A stretch of 63,909 nt of DNA, filler included, from Choristocarpus tenellus KU-1152 (taxonomy: Eukaryota > Protista > Phaeophyceae): the NCBI GenBank assembly GCA_964200185.2. It is 10 parts of 10 records of this genome, joined end to end, with 100 filler letters (N's around TTAATTAATTAA, not from the genome) between each part and the next. Parts side by side here need not be neighbours in the genome. Positions count along the whole stretch, not along the records: positions 1 to 4,105 come from CAXNAD020016178.1; positions 4,206 to 21,329 come from CAXNAD020000722.1; 8 more parts are not named here. The stretch is one strand, 5' to 3'. The notes under the pieces are model-generated. The model was not told where the DNA came from. It was given only the letters and a program-made list of their open reading frames with translations, and did no database searches. Positions 1-13,260 of the stretch are shown one piece after another; within the stretch, counting starts at the first letter, position 1; every line of letters begins with the position of its first letter. The position numbers and the translations under genes were made by a program.

Positions 1-950
1 CCCCAGATACTTTGATGACCCCGATATCACAGCTTGGTGCACTTGCAATAGAACCAACATCCATCGCAAACAAGTCTCAACCGGCTCTCAACAGCATCCA
101 ATGCTCTCAAAACACCACCCACAAATGAAAGGGTAGTAGGACCCGGTAAAGCACTCCATCCTCCCCACAAGGATAGAATCCACGGTTGTAAAGTGCAACA
201 CAGGACATCGGGTGGGTAGAGAGTCCAAGGGTATCAACTGACAAGATCAAAAGGTGCATTAGACATGCCGAATGGACCACAACATCGGAAAAAATGGTCA
301 GGAGGATCTATGGGCTTGTCCACCCCTCAACTACCATGATTATTTTGCTCCAAACCAGGCTCACAATGTGCAAGGCGTGCCTATGTACAGCTTCACAGCA
401 ATAAGATGGTGAGAAAAAGAATGCCACGTATGTCGGCGTCTGTCCATAAAACAGTAACATATTCGATCCCCTCTCCCTCCTTCCTTTGCTGTGGATAGAA
501 TAGACTGGACGGCTATTCTTAGAGACCAACAACCTCAGTGAACGAGATCATCTCTTTCCGGGGCAATCCTACTTGCACTCCTTGTTGCTGGGGTACTTCA
601 TCATTCTGGCATCATTCTGACAATACCATGCTCAAGGCCTAACCCTCACCAGCAATAAAAATAAAAAATAAGATTGAGAGTATTGGAAGAGGTTGAAAGA
701 CAAATGTATCCTACTGAGTCAAAGGGGTCAAATAGGCCATTCTCTATTTGAAAACATACATATATGCAGTTTTATTCATCATATCTAAGATCTAATCGCA
801 ACAAGTCCCTTACCCTCTGTTATTACAACTCCAATGCAGTTTCTCTTGAAACATCACCAACAGATAACGCCTTCCATCCCACTGACACTCAGAAAAAGGG
901 AGAAAAAAAAATACCCAACAAAAAAACAGGTAAAAGACAACCAAAATTAC

Positions 951-3120
951 CTGTCGATTGAGGATTTGCACCTATGTCTGCCATGACCATATCAAATGCC
1001 TCCCTGTCTGGCTTACAATAGTCTCCCATCAGCTTGGCTCCATAAACCTTCTTGAAATGGTGGCGTATCCCCAGGATATGCAACACCTCCTGGGAAATTG
1101 CAAAGAGTTCACACAGATTTCAAGAGGTAGGTGAAGTTTCAGCATCTTTGAAGCTGTTGCTGAGTTCAACAATCATCCAACTGGTTGTGTATGTTTCCAA
1201 CCTCAGCCTCCTTTTCATTGCAGTTGGTGAAAATGTATTTGTCTTGTGTAAGGCTCTCTAGGGTGGCCTTCACCTCAGCCGGAGCTTCACTGATGAAGCT
1301 GGACGCTCCCTCCCTGAGTTGCACCAGGGTTGAGGGTACATGCGTAGGGGGAGGTTACCACTGCTGCAAATGCACCCTATTGGAGCATTTCAACATACAG
1401 CCTATTCTATTGGTGGACATGTTGTTCTTCGTATAACATTAATACATTCAAAATTCTGTACTAGAGCTCTATAATGTAAACAGTTGGACATAATGACCCC
1501 TGATCTTGAGCAACATCCAAAACAATTGAACCTTCAGGTACAGTAAATCGCTCTGGGGTACTGCTGTAGCACATTGTTTAAACAGTCACCACACAATAGC
1601 AAAAAGGTTATGGCTCCAGTCAAAAAATGTATTGCATACACAGTACAAAAGCAAGGTGTTGGGTAACCAGTATGGCGTGTATCACCATGTGCAAACTCCA
1701 GCATCAAATCACACCAAGCAATGAAGGGAAAAAGAACTGAGAAAACACACAGTTTACTTCTGCAGTCCTCAGCACACCTGCAAGCAGCCCAGAAGTCTGA
1801 CAAATCGAAATGATACCCGCCACCAACCCTGCAGGTCGGGACAGGAGGTGAGGGAGAGGGTGGAGGAATAGGGACCTGATCAAAAGGTGAGGAACAATAT
1901 TATGTCATCTTAACAAAGCGGCCCTGACTTTACGCTTGGACCAGGCACAAGGAAAATTCGAAAAAAGAACAATACAGTTCAAATTCCGTATTTTCCGTTC
2001 AAAGTTCAGGTAATCCCAGGAGGCATTCAAAAGTGTGAACGAACGGACCAAGGTGCCATACAAATACGTCCCACTTTCTCACGAAGCACATCTGCTTGAG
2101 TCACACCAAGGATAAGTACATGCTCAAACCAGAGCACAAGATTTCTACCCAATGCAATGTAGAGGAAAGTGGAAGCTGTTGATTGCTGTTGGAGGAATGA
2201 ATGGCAGTGTGCTCAACGTATACTAGTGGACTATCTTGGAAGGCATTCTAACCGCAGCAAAAATATGTCTGGAAGGGATACTGTACTGTCTTACCCCTCC
2301 GAATGAAAACTTATCACTACGTCAAAAGCATGACTTGGTCTCTACATCAAATGCGAGCACCACAGCGTCAAAATATTTTAGATGAACTGGCACTTTGGAA
2401 CTCGGCCATACACAAGGTATGTCATGTCTAGAGCAGAGGTCTAGGTCCTTTGACGACAGCAAAAAATCCCTCCGCAAGAGAATCCAGGTCGGTGCTAGTG
2501 AGGGACGACATATCCACTGTCATGACATACCTGGAGCAAAGCCATAGTCACTCCCAATAGAAACTCCAACAGGGTATGAGAAGATCACAGCACAAAACGA
2601 ATGTCCATCGTCGCACCTCAGAGCCTTGGCGGACTGGTTGTACTTCTTAAAGAGTGGGCGCCAAATCACCTCCGGTTCCTTTATACCCATCTGCTTCTCC
2701 ATGAAACTGAACATGTTGGCTCGCTGTAGAGGTCAAGCAATAAGGTCAAGAAGGAAGGGTAGATATTGTGAGTTCTCCCTTCGCTGATATCGACACCTTG
2801 ACCAGCGGAAGGGAATATCCTGGACAACAGAATGGGTAGTGCAAATAATCCCCGCAAAATGGGCGAGTAACATCAAATTAACAAAACAATCGTCTGGGTT
2901 GCATTGAATCCCTAACACCTTATCTGGAACATAGAACAGCCGCCCCCTTATGCCTAAAGCAAGTCAAGCCAATCTCCTGTGCTGGAAACTGTACTTTGGC
3001 AACGACTTGCAACTCGTCGTTTCCACCCCTCACCATATGGTCAATATATCCATTCTCCACTGGGTAGAGTGTACCGTCAAGGTCGAAAAGAAGAGTGTCA
3101 ATCCGACGTCCGTTCTCCAT
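951..3120 (-). CDS. HAD-superfamily hydrolase, SDT1/pyrimidine 5'-nucleotidase-like (3'-partial, 5 exons visible)
   Basis: Exons 3120-3034, 2723-2617, 1828-1778, 1313-1202 and 1089-951 join in frame at GT-AG sites. They give MENGRRIDTLLFDLDGTLYP (HAD motif I), KYIFTN (motif II) and YCKPDREAF (motif III Lys). The motif IV exon was not found and probably lies before position 1. Confidence 0.85.
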
Positions 3121-3559
3121 CCCAGAAGTTACTGTTTGTTGAGATAGTACGGAGACAGGCAGGATAAAGTGGAGAGCGTTGCCGAGAAAAAGATTGGCTG
3201 GCTAGGGGAGTGCTCAATGAGAAGCGCTACTTAGTAGGTGTTAGTTGTACATCAGAAGTCGTTGTTGTCCTGTCAAACGCAATAATAGTATCTATCAAAA
3301 TATACCTTTTATTTTATACCCGATTGTCCCCAATAAGTAGACTTAAAACACTGAAGTTTATGATCCAAGTTTGGGAGAATTATGGAAGGAATTATGTATA
3401 GGGGACCAAGTACTGATTTGGGTGAAAAGAAGATGATGAGAATGAGGACGAAGATTTAAGTGCCGGGTGGCTATAGCAGAAGGCAGAAGAGGTAGGAGAA
3501 AAGTTAAAAGAAATGAGTGGTAGTAGGTGGAAGGAGGTAGGAAGGGATGGATCAGAACA

Positions 3560-3945
3560 TAAGGAAAACTCGAGGTTGGTGGGACAGGTCAAGCGGGGCT
3601 AGAACAAGGCAACATCCGAGCAATCTTTCCCACCCACATATCCTTTCGATTGTTCACGACCGACTGGGATGGTGGGGAACAGGGAGGGGGAAGTCAAGTT
3701 CGGGTGGGGTAGATGTCTTCTAGATCAAAGGCACGATATTGAAGTACATGATGAAGTGGTGTTCTTAGGTGATTGTGGAGTGGTGTTGTGTGGTGTTGTG
3801 TGGTGTTGTGTGGTTTTGAATGGTGTGGTGGAGTGGAAAGTGGGGTGGGGTTGAGTGGGGTTGAATGGTGGGGTGGGGTGGAAAGTTGTGGTGGCTGGAG
3901 ATCAGTGGCGAAGGGGTCACACTGGTTGGTCATTGTGCGTGGTGG
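3560..3945 (+). repeat. Dispersed repeat, possibly the 3' end of a non-LTR retrotransposon (reads ...GGVDVF* then a GTGTT/GGTGG-rich tail)
   Basis: Homologous copies at about 28040-28192 (+) and 63456-63690 (-). Shared core gtcaagtt..gg.ggggtagat.tcttct.g. Confidence 0.55.
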
Positions 3946-4105
3946 CTCAAAGTATCTGAGGGGGACGGTGGCTGTCCATTCGGGGTTCATTTTTCCATGT
4001 CGCTATTTTTGGGTGATTTTGTTGCATGCCGGATGGATAATGTAAATGCACTTCTCCTGGTCAGGACCCAAATAAATGGACACCCTGGTGTAGACCCTCC
4101 CCCCC
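3945..4105. mobile_element. MITE family A copy, truncated by contig end
   Basis: Starts ggctcaaagtatctgaggggg...ggctgtccattcgggg. Matches the full copies at 9533-9719 and 11048-11211. Confidence 0.75.
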
Positions 4106-4205
4106 NNNNNNNNNNNNNNNNNNNNNNNNNNNNNNNNNNNNNNNNNNNNTTAATTAATTAANNNNNNNNNNNNNNNNNNNNNNNNNNNNNNNNNNNNNNN
4201 NNNNN
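4106..4205. other. Artificial contig spacer (44 N + TTAATTAATTAA + 44 N)
   Basis: Identical 100-bp spacers also at 21330-21429, 24811-24910, 28193-28292, 35478-35577, 39206-39305, 47536-47635, 57510-57609 and 60999-61098. The 12-mer places stops in all six frames. Confidence 0.98.
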
Positions 4206-5335
4206 GGACGCCGACACCCCCTTCCCCCCAGATACTTTGACCCTATGTTCCCTAAGCCCTATCTACAAAGTCAGTGTCCATCCACCCAACCAATTCTCTC
4301 CGCGCCCTTTGCATCCTAGAAGTTCATGAATGGCTTTACAGGGCCACCCTGATGTTGGTTCTCTCCATTCACCCTTATTTCTTTGGATTAAACCTTACAA
4401 TTTCACCAGAGATAGTGGGGGATGTCAACACTTGGTGGTCTCGATCTACGCAAACACACAGCAGACTCCGTTGTTGGCTCACACCCCTCACACCAAAACA
4501 CAAACCTGTGCCATCAGCTCTGTCGTTAAAGAGGTTGCCTTTGCCCAAAATGTATGTCAACTGTGTGTTTTTTTGTAGTCAACAAATGCAATATCTGCCG
4601 CCACAACTGTGCACAAAATGCTTGTGTGCTTCCAGAAAAAATCATACGAGCAAAACTTTTCTACTGCTATGCTGGGCACATTTTGGTTTAGCGATATCCT
4701 CTTTGTGATTCAAAATGAGCAAGAATGTGATTGTGGTACTCACCCGTTCTGGTCTCAGTTAAGACGGCAATATTCCTAGGTTCCTGGCTACTGCCACAGT
4801 CAATCTATTCTGATGCAAAAATTCAAATATGGTGTATTGCACCATTACTTGTTGTAACCTTCAAGGGCTAGACTCTAGAGCCTCTCCCCTACAATAGTAG
4901 AAAACAACTCTAGGTGAACGGGACCCTGCAAGAGACACCATGGTCCTGGCCCATGAAATCTCACAATACATGTAAATATACCTACTGTACCACATACCAT
5001 GTAGTTGTCCTCGACTGGACACTACTTCAAAATGTTCTAAGAGTTGGTGCGATGCACTCTTGGGTTCACCACAAACTGATTAAAAACGATGACCTAATCT
5101 TATGACAAATAAACTTCAATCACTGTATACATGTCTACATTCAGCGCAAAAGAGAGCAACTGCCACCAAAAAGATGGTTGCGCTTTAATGCTCCTTTACA
5201 TGTATGTGTGCCACATTGCATCTCCTCCCATCACAGGCCTCTAAATGCCACCACCAAACCCTCAGTATGTCTTATAACGAATGCAGTCTGTGGAGTGAAC
5301 CACACCCCCTCATTGCTTGTTGATTGGTGTGGCGA

Positions 5336-8300
5336 TCAGTACCGCATAATAGAAGGTATTGGCCATACTCGCTCAGACTCCAGAATGGCAGATATTGGTG
5401 TGTCGTACACTTGGAGATACTGAACATTCAGCACCGTAGAATATCCGCATTGACACACAGAATGAGCAAACAACGTAAGGGTGTAAGAAAAAAAGTCATA
5501 CAAGTCCTTCCTTTTTAAGACCTGAAGTAAGGAAGGTCGAACGTTTCGTCAAAGCCCCATGCAGGGCATCGCATGAAGGCTGTGTAAGGGTTGAGGATTT
5601 ATCTGGGCAATACAAAATGCTGTTGTGAGGCTCAATGCACAATGGTGCCGTGAACCTCCTTGAAACAGGAGACATCAGTTACAATTTTTTCTTATTCCAA
5701 TATCTGCAGCTATACGCATTTTTTCTTCCCCGTATCTATGGTCCTTGCCATAAACATAAACTGACTTAATTTCTGGAGCTGATGTGGTAATGCTGGACAA
5801 AGAAAAAGCATTATATTCCCCTCCTCCTTCAAAGCACGTCACATTTCATGACAACAACAATGACAAGATGGATTCTTTGGTTAGGGCAATATGGTATTGT
5901 AAAGGGGGGTTAAGGGAGACAAAATACACTAGGTAGTATGCAGAATAGTTCTGGACAGATTGTAGTGGGGATCACCATAAGACTGATCTTCCACACTCCT
6001 TGAAGAACAGGAAAAAGGGGGTGAGCGGGGATGACCTGTGGCACAAACTACTACCCTTGTTTCACTTGAAACAATAACGTTTTTCTAACTAGGAATTACC
6101 CAAGGTAGGCAGGGGCCTTAGCTGTACATTAGCAATTTCCAACGCTGGTCACAGTAATGAATAACGCAGTAACAATGGGTACCGTGCTTGGATGTAATCC
6201 ATAAGAATGAACATACTCCAGAGCAAGATATATTTATACAAATATATGTTCACCTTTTTTTTGTTACTTTGTTTCTGTTTTTATGCAATGGTTGGGTGGT
6301 TGTAGATGATCAGACATTAGCAACGACGTAATACTGTGCAGACAAGTTAGATAGTTCACAAACGTGTACGCATAGTAGATACTTCAAGGTAGATGTCTTT
6401 CTTTTGGACAGTCCTTCAGCATGTCGTTGGAGTGGAGGTCCCGCCAGGGTGTGTAGGACAGTCACACGTGGAAGAATCCTGAATCAACCATGGAAAACAG
6501 TGTAACCAGTGTACCACCCAAACCATGCCATCCGAATGTCAAAATACTGTGGGAAACGGTGGAATGAATTACCATGGTTACAACTCTATATATTTTTTCC
6601 AAAACTAGCATTACCATACCATACATAACACTTCACGGTATGCCATACAGTACCACACCAGACATTTTCTAAAATCACGGTTACCATATCCTATGGTTTA
6701 TTTCATGGTGGACGCTATCGTACCGTACCATTATTTTTTCTAAACTTCCATTGCAGTACCGGGCGATTTTATTCATGGTAGACATTACCATGCTGGACAA
6801 CGTTTTTTTCCCATTTTTTTCTACTACTGTATCATACTATTTATTTCACGGTAGGTGCTATTGTGCAGTACCGTGGTTTCCAACAGTACCTTTACTGTAT
6901 CAGATTGTGAATTACTACCATGACAAGCCCTGGTAATTTTTACACCCGCAGATCATACAATATGTATCAAGGCTTCTTTCGTAGCTGGTAATTACAGCTG
7001 AATGATGAGAAGCATAAAACATACTAAGAGTATGGAAATAGGGAACCTTTTCAATATCTCACTTGGATGATGTAGTTCTCACAGATACCTAAGTACTTCA
7101 CCTTCTCCGTGTTAAACTTACCTCAGACAATGTCATGTTTTTGTTAGACTCTGCCAGGCCGAGAACCCTTTCATTAGATGGCACAAGGTGATAAAACTTT
7201 CGTTTGAGCTCCGATGCAGATATGCTTGATTGCTGTTGACTCATCTCCTTTGCGAGTTCAGCAAGCTTGCTGGCAACAGAGTATTTGAAAAACGAAAAAT
7301 TTGAGCAGTGCGCCACAACTTCGCTTGGTAAGTGAATTTGCCATTTTTGGGGAGGGCTCTTTTTTGTACCACCATTGGTAAGCAGTACATGCAGTCCAGT
7401 AAAAGAGATACAGGACCGGCATCGACCCAAAATGTTTGAAACAAAGTTATAATAGTTCTATTCAAATACCTATCGCACAACACTGCATTCAATACGATGG
7501 TGAAAGAGAGAAATATATATAGATTTCTCTCAAGGTATGAAATGGTTAAGTATTCCAAACCTTGACAGGAAGGAAACTCGTATATTTGAAGTTGTGGTTA
7601 TTGACCAATTTGTGACGTGTACACCTTCAACCTTTCCCTCTATACCTGCTTCAATGTGTCTATATATTGCACCGGGGGCAGCAAATGACCACTGGCATGT
7701 AATAGCAAGAGATATACTAGTGTACATTGCTTGGTTGGGCATATGCAAAGAAGGGTTTGCCCGATGCCTTTTGTTGTCCTTGCTCTCTTGGACACGTTTC
7801 TAAGAGTGTCTCTATCAATTTGCAAGTGAGAACTTGAGGTAGATCCTGTGAGCGATCTCTGGCTGCCACGGCCATCTATCCATGACCGTACTCACTCAAG
7901 TACTCCCCAGGAGGCCTCGATTGGATCCTCTCTGTTGATGTCAATGTTGCTCTCAGGGTTGACTTGGACGTAGTAGTTAAACCATTTCGGGAAATATGGT
8001 GTTGGACAGTCCTCACTCGAGACTAATATTTTAATCTGGGGAAGCACATGGAAGGAAACATCTTACTCGTAAGACGCCAAGAGTCGTGAGACGCCAATAG
8101 GTATTGCGTAGTATTCCGGACTACGCGTCAACAGGTCTGTCTGTTCCCGGGTAGCAATGCATGCAGCCCACTATTCCAAGGATTGAACTAGCACTCTCAC
8201 GCCTCACATTGTCCATTATCCTTTCATGTGGAGCTACCCCGTCTTCCATACTCTGCAAGTGCCGCAAGAAACTCGTTGATGTATCCATAGATGTCTCGAT

Positions 8301-8693
8301 GAGATGGAGCACGCTCTCCTTCTGAACAATGAGCACTCCCGTTATTGGTGCAGCCTGTTCCTCTGAAAGAACAGCATCAAACACCTACAAAGCAGACTTG
8401 AGTCAGGTGACTTAAACGAGGAAAGTGTTGATATGGTACAACAACTAAAACTCAGTTTTCCTTGACCACTTTTAGCACCTAATTCTCACCCTCTCGTGAA
8501 ACTGCACTATAGCTCCTGGATCGTCAGTCCTCTCTCCTCTACTCGCCACGAGCAAGATTCGCGCCAGACTTTCACGTCCTTTCTGCTGTCCCAAACGTGC
8601 ATTAAGGTGATCAAGGAAGCTGGACGTGAGATTATGGATTGGTGATCCTTCAGGCGGTGGAGGAGCTGTTACGTTGGGCACATCCTTAGCCAT
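5336..8693 (-). CDS. TEX47: TEX47/C7orf62 (DYBLUP/MOT7-like) dynein-associated BLUF-fold protein, complete, 250 aa
   Basis: Exons 8693-8490, 8384-8208, 8035-7896, 7269-7122 and 5419-5336 total 753 nt, in frame with GT-AG sites. Motifs ITGVLIVQKESVLHLIE, IKILVSSEDCPTPYFPKW and the C-terminal YLQVYDTPISAILESERVWPIP match the TEX47 family as I recall it. Confidence 0.75.
6490..6932. repeat. Degenerate TACCA/TACCG-rich repeat in an intron, ending gacaagccctg (possible non-autonomous DNA transposon remnant)
   Basis: Dense accat/taccgt/acggta motifs and a CAGGGCTT-like terminus on the minus strand. No TSD seen. Confidence 0.35.
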
Positions 8694-9532
8694 GATTGGA
8701 TACGAACTTTGAGACCCCACACTGCCCCTTGTTCACCACAAAACGAGGCAGTTTCATTCTGGTTTGAGAAAATACTTGCACCTCTGGGGGAGTGTGATCG
8801 CGAGGTTACGAAATGGTTTCTTGTCCTACTATACGATATTTTTTATATTGTACAGCCATATATGAACTATGGAAAGTGTCAGAAGAAGGAAATGGGACAA
8901 CAGAAAGTGATCCAGTCAACACCATTCAGAACACGAAACTAGTGAGTAGTCAAGAATATGTTTTTAGAGGCAATATCAGAAACATTGATGGGTGATTACA
9001 CTCTCTAAAAAGTGTTGCTAAAATTATGGAGGGATTAGGTCTTATCGTAGACGTGAGTGTCGATACGTCGTAGCAGGTCGTGTTTGCCATCGGATTGCAT
9101 CAGCTACCGTATGGAAGTCCTCCACTTGTTGAGCCACCCTACGTTAGTGCTTGACGGACCACTGGCTTTGACACATTCAACGCCGTCACTGGAAACCCAT
9201 TGGTGACCACACCACCCCCACCCCCCCACTCTGGTTCGTCCCGTGGGAGGACATCGTTCGACCGAGCTTACACATCGTCATCATGGTGTGCAGCGTTTCA
9301 AAGTATATTTTACATCATGCGAATTTATTTATCACATTGTTCTGAATGATGTTTAACCTGCTCTTACAGGGGTTCCAATTTTGAACCAAGCCCTGCCAAC
9401 AAGAGTAGTAGGACAAGCAATCGATAGTATACCCTCGATAATAACACTAAATGAAGTACTCTACATGCTAAAACAGTCAATGATGTAAGTAAGGTGTAGA
9501 AGGGATGAAGGTTTAAGTTGAAGGATCGATAT

Positions 9533-9719
9533 GACCCAAAGTATCTGTGGCGGGGGGGGGGTCTACACCAGGGTGTCCATTTTGGACCAAAAGCAGGAAA
9601 AAAAGTGCATTTATATTATCCATCCGATGTACGGAACCAAATCACCCAAAAATCGCGACATGAAAAAATTGCCCCCAAGTGGACAGCTGCCCCCACCCCC
9701 CCCCTTGATACTTTGAGCC
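9533..9719. mobile_element. MITE family A, full copy (187 bp), 4-bp TSD ATAT
   Basis: TIRs gacccaaagtatc / gatactttgagcc. ATAT flanks at 9529-9532 and 9720-9723. Confidence 0.8.
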
Positions 9720-11047
9720 ATATTTTGGTTTTGAATCAGATATTGATGTTGAGTTAGTTCTGCGTAGACTAGTAAGCATGGTACTATTGCGAAATCAATT
9801 GGGGTCATAGGTACATGCTGTTGGATATTTCGATTTGAAATTGTGGTTAGTCGACGTGATCGTATCCTGTCTACTATTTTCTTTGCATCTATCTGTCTAT
9901 TTGTTGTTTGTGAGCGTCTTGATTTTAACAATAGGGATGTCGATACTTGAAGACAAATTATGATGAGAGTGCGGTGGATCATATTTGGAAAGTCAACACC
10001 TCATTTTCCTACCAGAAATAGAGTCAACAATGTTAGTTTGTTTCTTGATTTTTTACACTGCGATTTGATTTGTTTGGTTGCAACCATTAATTTTTCTGTT
10101 CATACGTTTTTGCTATCTGACCGCTATCTACTACGTGAGTACAAATTAATAATATAATATTTTATTATATTATTTTATATAATATTCGTATCTAATTCAA
10201 GCAAATTAGTTACCAAAGAAAACGTCAGGAGGGGTGACAAGTAGTAGGTGGTCGAGATTAAATATTGGGTCGGTTTAGGCTGGAAACCCCTATAAATATG
10301 CCGCTTTCACGTATAATGCCATTCACCCACTTCATCCCTCCGTTCACAAATTCACACATACATACAACATCCGGACGAACATCAGACATCGTAAGGCGGG
10401 GATGGCTCAATAGTACGACTGACTACGTTTTCTGACGACATTATTGATGGTGCGAAATAAGTTGCATTGAAACATCCCGTTGATACACATTTTTCTGATA
10501 TATTGAGAAGGTTTCTTGGATAAGGTAGTCACCCACGCAATTGAGGGGAGAAGGGCTGGGGGATATTGTAGGAAAGGGACTGTTAAGCCCCGTTCGAGAC
10601 AGATAGTGTCTGTCACTGGATAAGTGACTTTCTCAAGATGCGTAACACGTTTCGAGCTAGAGACACCAGGCAGGTGGTCAAGAAGGGGCCTGTCAGAATC
10701 TTGGGATGCTTCCCTAGCTCCTCGCCCACCTTTGCAGGTCTAAGCTAGGTTAGAAGCATAGCAGTGTGCACATTACGTGGTTGTTACCAACCTTCAAGGG
10801 AGCATTGTATTATTGTATTGTTAATTTTCAAGAAGTACATGCTCTTTTGAGAGACACCTTTGGCATTAAATCTGCAACTGTTATTTTTACAGCAGCCATT
10901 GTACTACAGTTCTGATATTCAATTGTCTTTTTCCCTGACACATCTGCAACGACGCAAGATGTCAGATGGCATCTTAGTATATAAAAAAACGGTGTTATAC
11001 TGGTCAGTGAAGGACGTTAGGACAAGGTAAAAATTCTTCACGGTCTT

Positions 11048-11211
11048 GACAGAAAGTATCTGGGGGGTGGCGGCTGTCCATTCGGGGCCCATTTTTACAC
11101 GTCGCGATTTTTGGGTGATTTCGTAGCTGTGTCGGATGGATTATGTAAGTGCACTTTTCCTGGTCAGGGTCTGAATGGATACCCTGGTGTAGACCCGAAA
11201 TAGTTTGAGCC
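11048..11211. mobile_element. MITE family A, inverted copy, 4-bp TSD TCTT
   Basis: Reads gacagaaagtatc...tagtttgagcc. TCTT flanks at 11044-11047 and 11212-11215. The interior is the reverse complement of the 9533 copy. Confidence 0.8.
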
Positions 11212-11567
11212 TCTTCCGGGGCATTCAAGGATCGAGATGCAGCTGGTAGTGTACGCATCTTTGTTACAATCACAGCAGTAGAATGCAAGGATAATTTTTA
11301 ACTCCTGTGAGTAACAGGTACTAAACTGAACTAGCCATCTCGAACAAAAGTTGGAATGATTCCGAGGAGGATCACTGGTTAGGTATATTTACAGTACATA
11401 ATTTTTTCGTACTGTAAAAATAATAATTAAAGGCGATGAAAGCAATCTGGGGAGAATGTGGAATGGAGTGGAGATTTAGAAGGCGTGAACCAGGTCCAGT
11501 GCAATAAAAATCTACTATTTGTTGGACGTTTAAAAAAATTATTTTGTTCCAAATAAATAGCTGAGAA

Positions 11568-11627
11568 TTACTACTTCTACTACTATTACTACTACTACTA
11601 CTACTACTACTGCTGCTGCTGCAACTA
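11568..11627. repeat. (TAC)n/(TGC)n microsatellite
   Basis: tactactactactac...tgctgctgct run. Confidence 0.85.
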
Positions 11628-13260
11628 CACTGTGTATGAGAGTAATGTGATTTGGTCTGTTACCAGATTTGACTGGGAGACCAACGTGATTTTCACCTTC
11701 CTCAGAGTCTGGTGCACGAAAGAGTGCTGGTTTGCTCGAACTGAATATAACGAGGAGAAGAAACATTTCCTACAAGCACACTCTGATATAATAGGTTGAA
11801 CTGTAGAGAGAAGCCGAGGTGCAAGCTTTGGTTGGACTATTTTGGGACGATTTTCGGTCAATGTGTGGTAACTTTTGATTTACTCAAAGAGAAGCTGCTC
11901 CGATGTGTACCTGAGGACTCTAGGCGTAGCTCAAGTCATTGTGGACGTTATTTTGAGCTCTCTAAATCGAGAAAGGTGTTCGAAGTCAAACGATTTTCTT
12001 CACTCTGTGTGGCACACTTACTCGGAGTGCCAACAAAGGGAGATAGACTGGTGATTGAGGCAGTATGTTTCCTTTTAAAAATGAAGTGGGCAGGGCTTCT
12101 TCTTAGGTCAGCACGCTTCGATCAAATCCATAAGATTGCTTGGGGATGGTCTCGCCTTTGAAAGTGATGTGGTGAAGTGCACCTGTTCGTGGATAGTGGT
12201 GCTGATATACTATGAACACCACCAGTGGAGTAGATAATAGGATGGAGAGTCAGTGATAGATGTACCATATGTATTGACTCACTAGTGTCCATTGATTTGT
12301 GTCATGTTCAAGATACGATTGCTATACTGAAGTCAAGTAAGTAAGTGATTCATAGTAAATTAGTGTGGACGATTGCAAACCCCACACTATAGGAGTAGTA
12401 ATGGGTACCACTAGTTGTGAGCCCCACAAGTTCAGTGGAATTGAGACCATAAGCCCCTTGTAATATTAATATTGTATATTTACACCAAGCCATTTATTGT
12501 CCTCTACCAAGCCACATAACCGCGGGTCCTGTGTGGAATATTTCAACAGCACCTACATACAGTAAAATGTGGACACCCTACCTCACCCATAGGTGCACCA
12601 CCACTGGCTATTTCGATGTTTTTTCACCACTCTCAAAACCCTTGCATGTACCCTGTAGAGGCATGACAACCCCTTGTACCCTGGACACCCCAGCCCCATA
12701 GAATAGAATATCCTTCTGCTCCCTGTGTGGACAGTGGAAACCCCTTGACAATCTCGAGGTTTTGTTTTACCATCCCTGAAACCCTTGCCCCCTGAACATA
12801 TATAGGGGCATGGCAACCCCTTGAACTCTGAACACCCAACCCCCCTAAATGGAATAATCCCTTGGCCTCTGATTAGGGACAGCCCCATGCCCCCACCCAG
12901 CATATGTAAGGGCAACTCATTGCCACCAATGGGCGGATAGGGGAAAGGGACAGGCCAAATGCAACCTGTTCGCCTACGTCCCCATAGACTATTACAAGGA
13001 GTAGTCTTGACCTAACACATCAAATGCAATTTGACTAGAAATTTTATATCCCAAACTACCACTACTAAAATTTTAAAATGTAATGAAATACAATCTTGTC
13101 CCCTTGTAACCTTGTGAAATTGAAATACATGTAGTAAGAAGTATAATAATCACGCCTTCTGGTTTGTCAGACAAGGTACCAAGATTGATGTATGTCATTC
13201 TTGTTTGTATTTAAGTATTTTAGACCCACTAGGAGGATCACACCTTGATTGATCGATAGC

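Noticed and set aside
6415-6479. Alternative last exon for the TEX47-like gene (ttcag|GATTCT...)
   Set aside because: Its translation lacks family motifs, whereas exon 5419-5336 supplies the expected ESExVWP ending.
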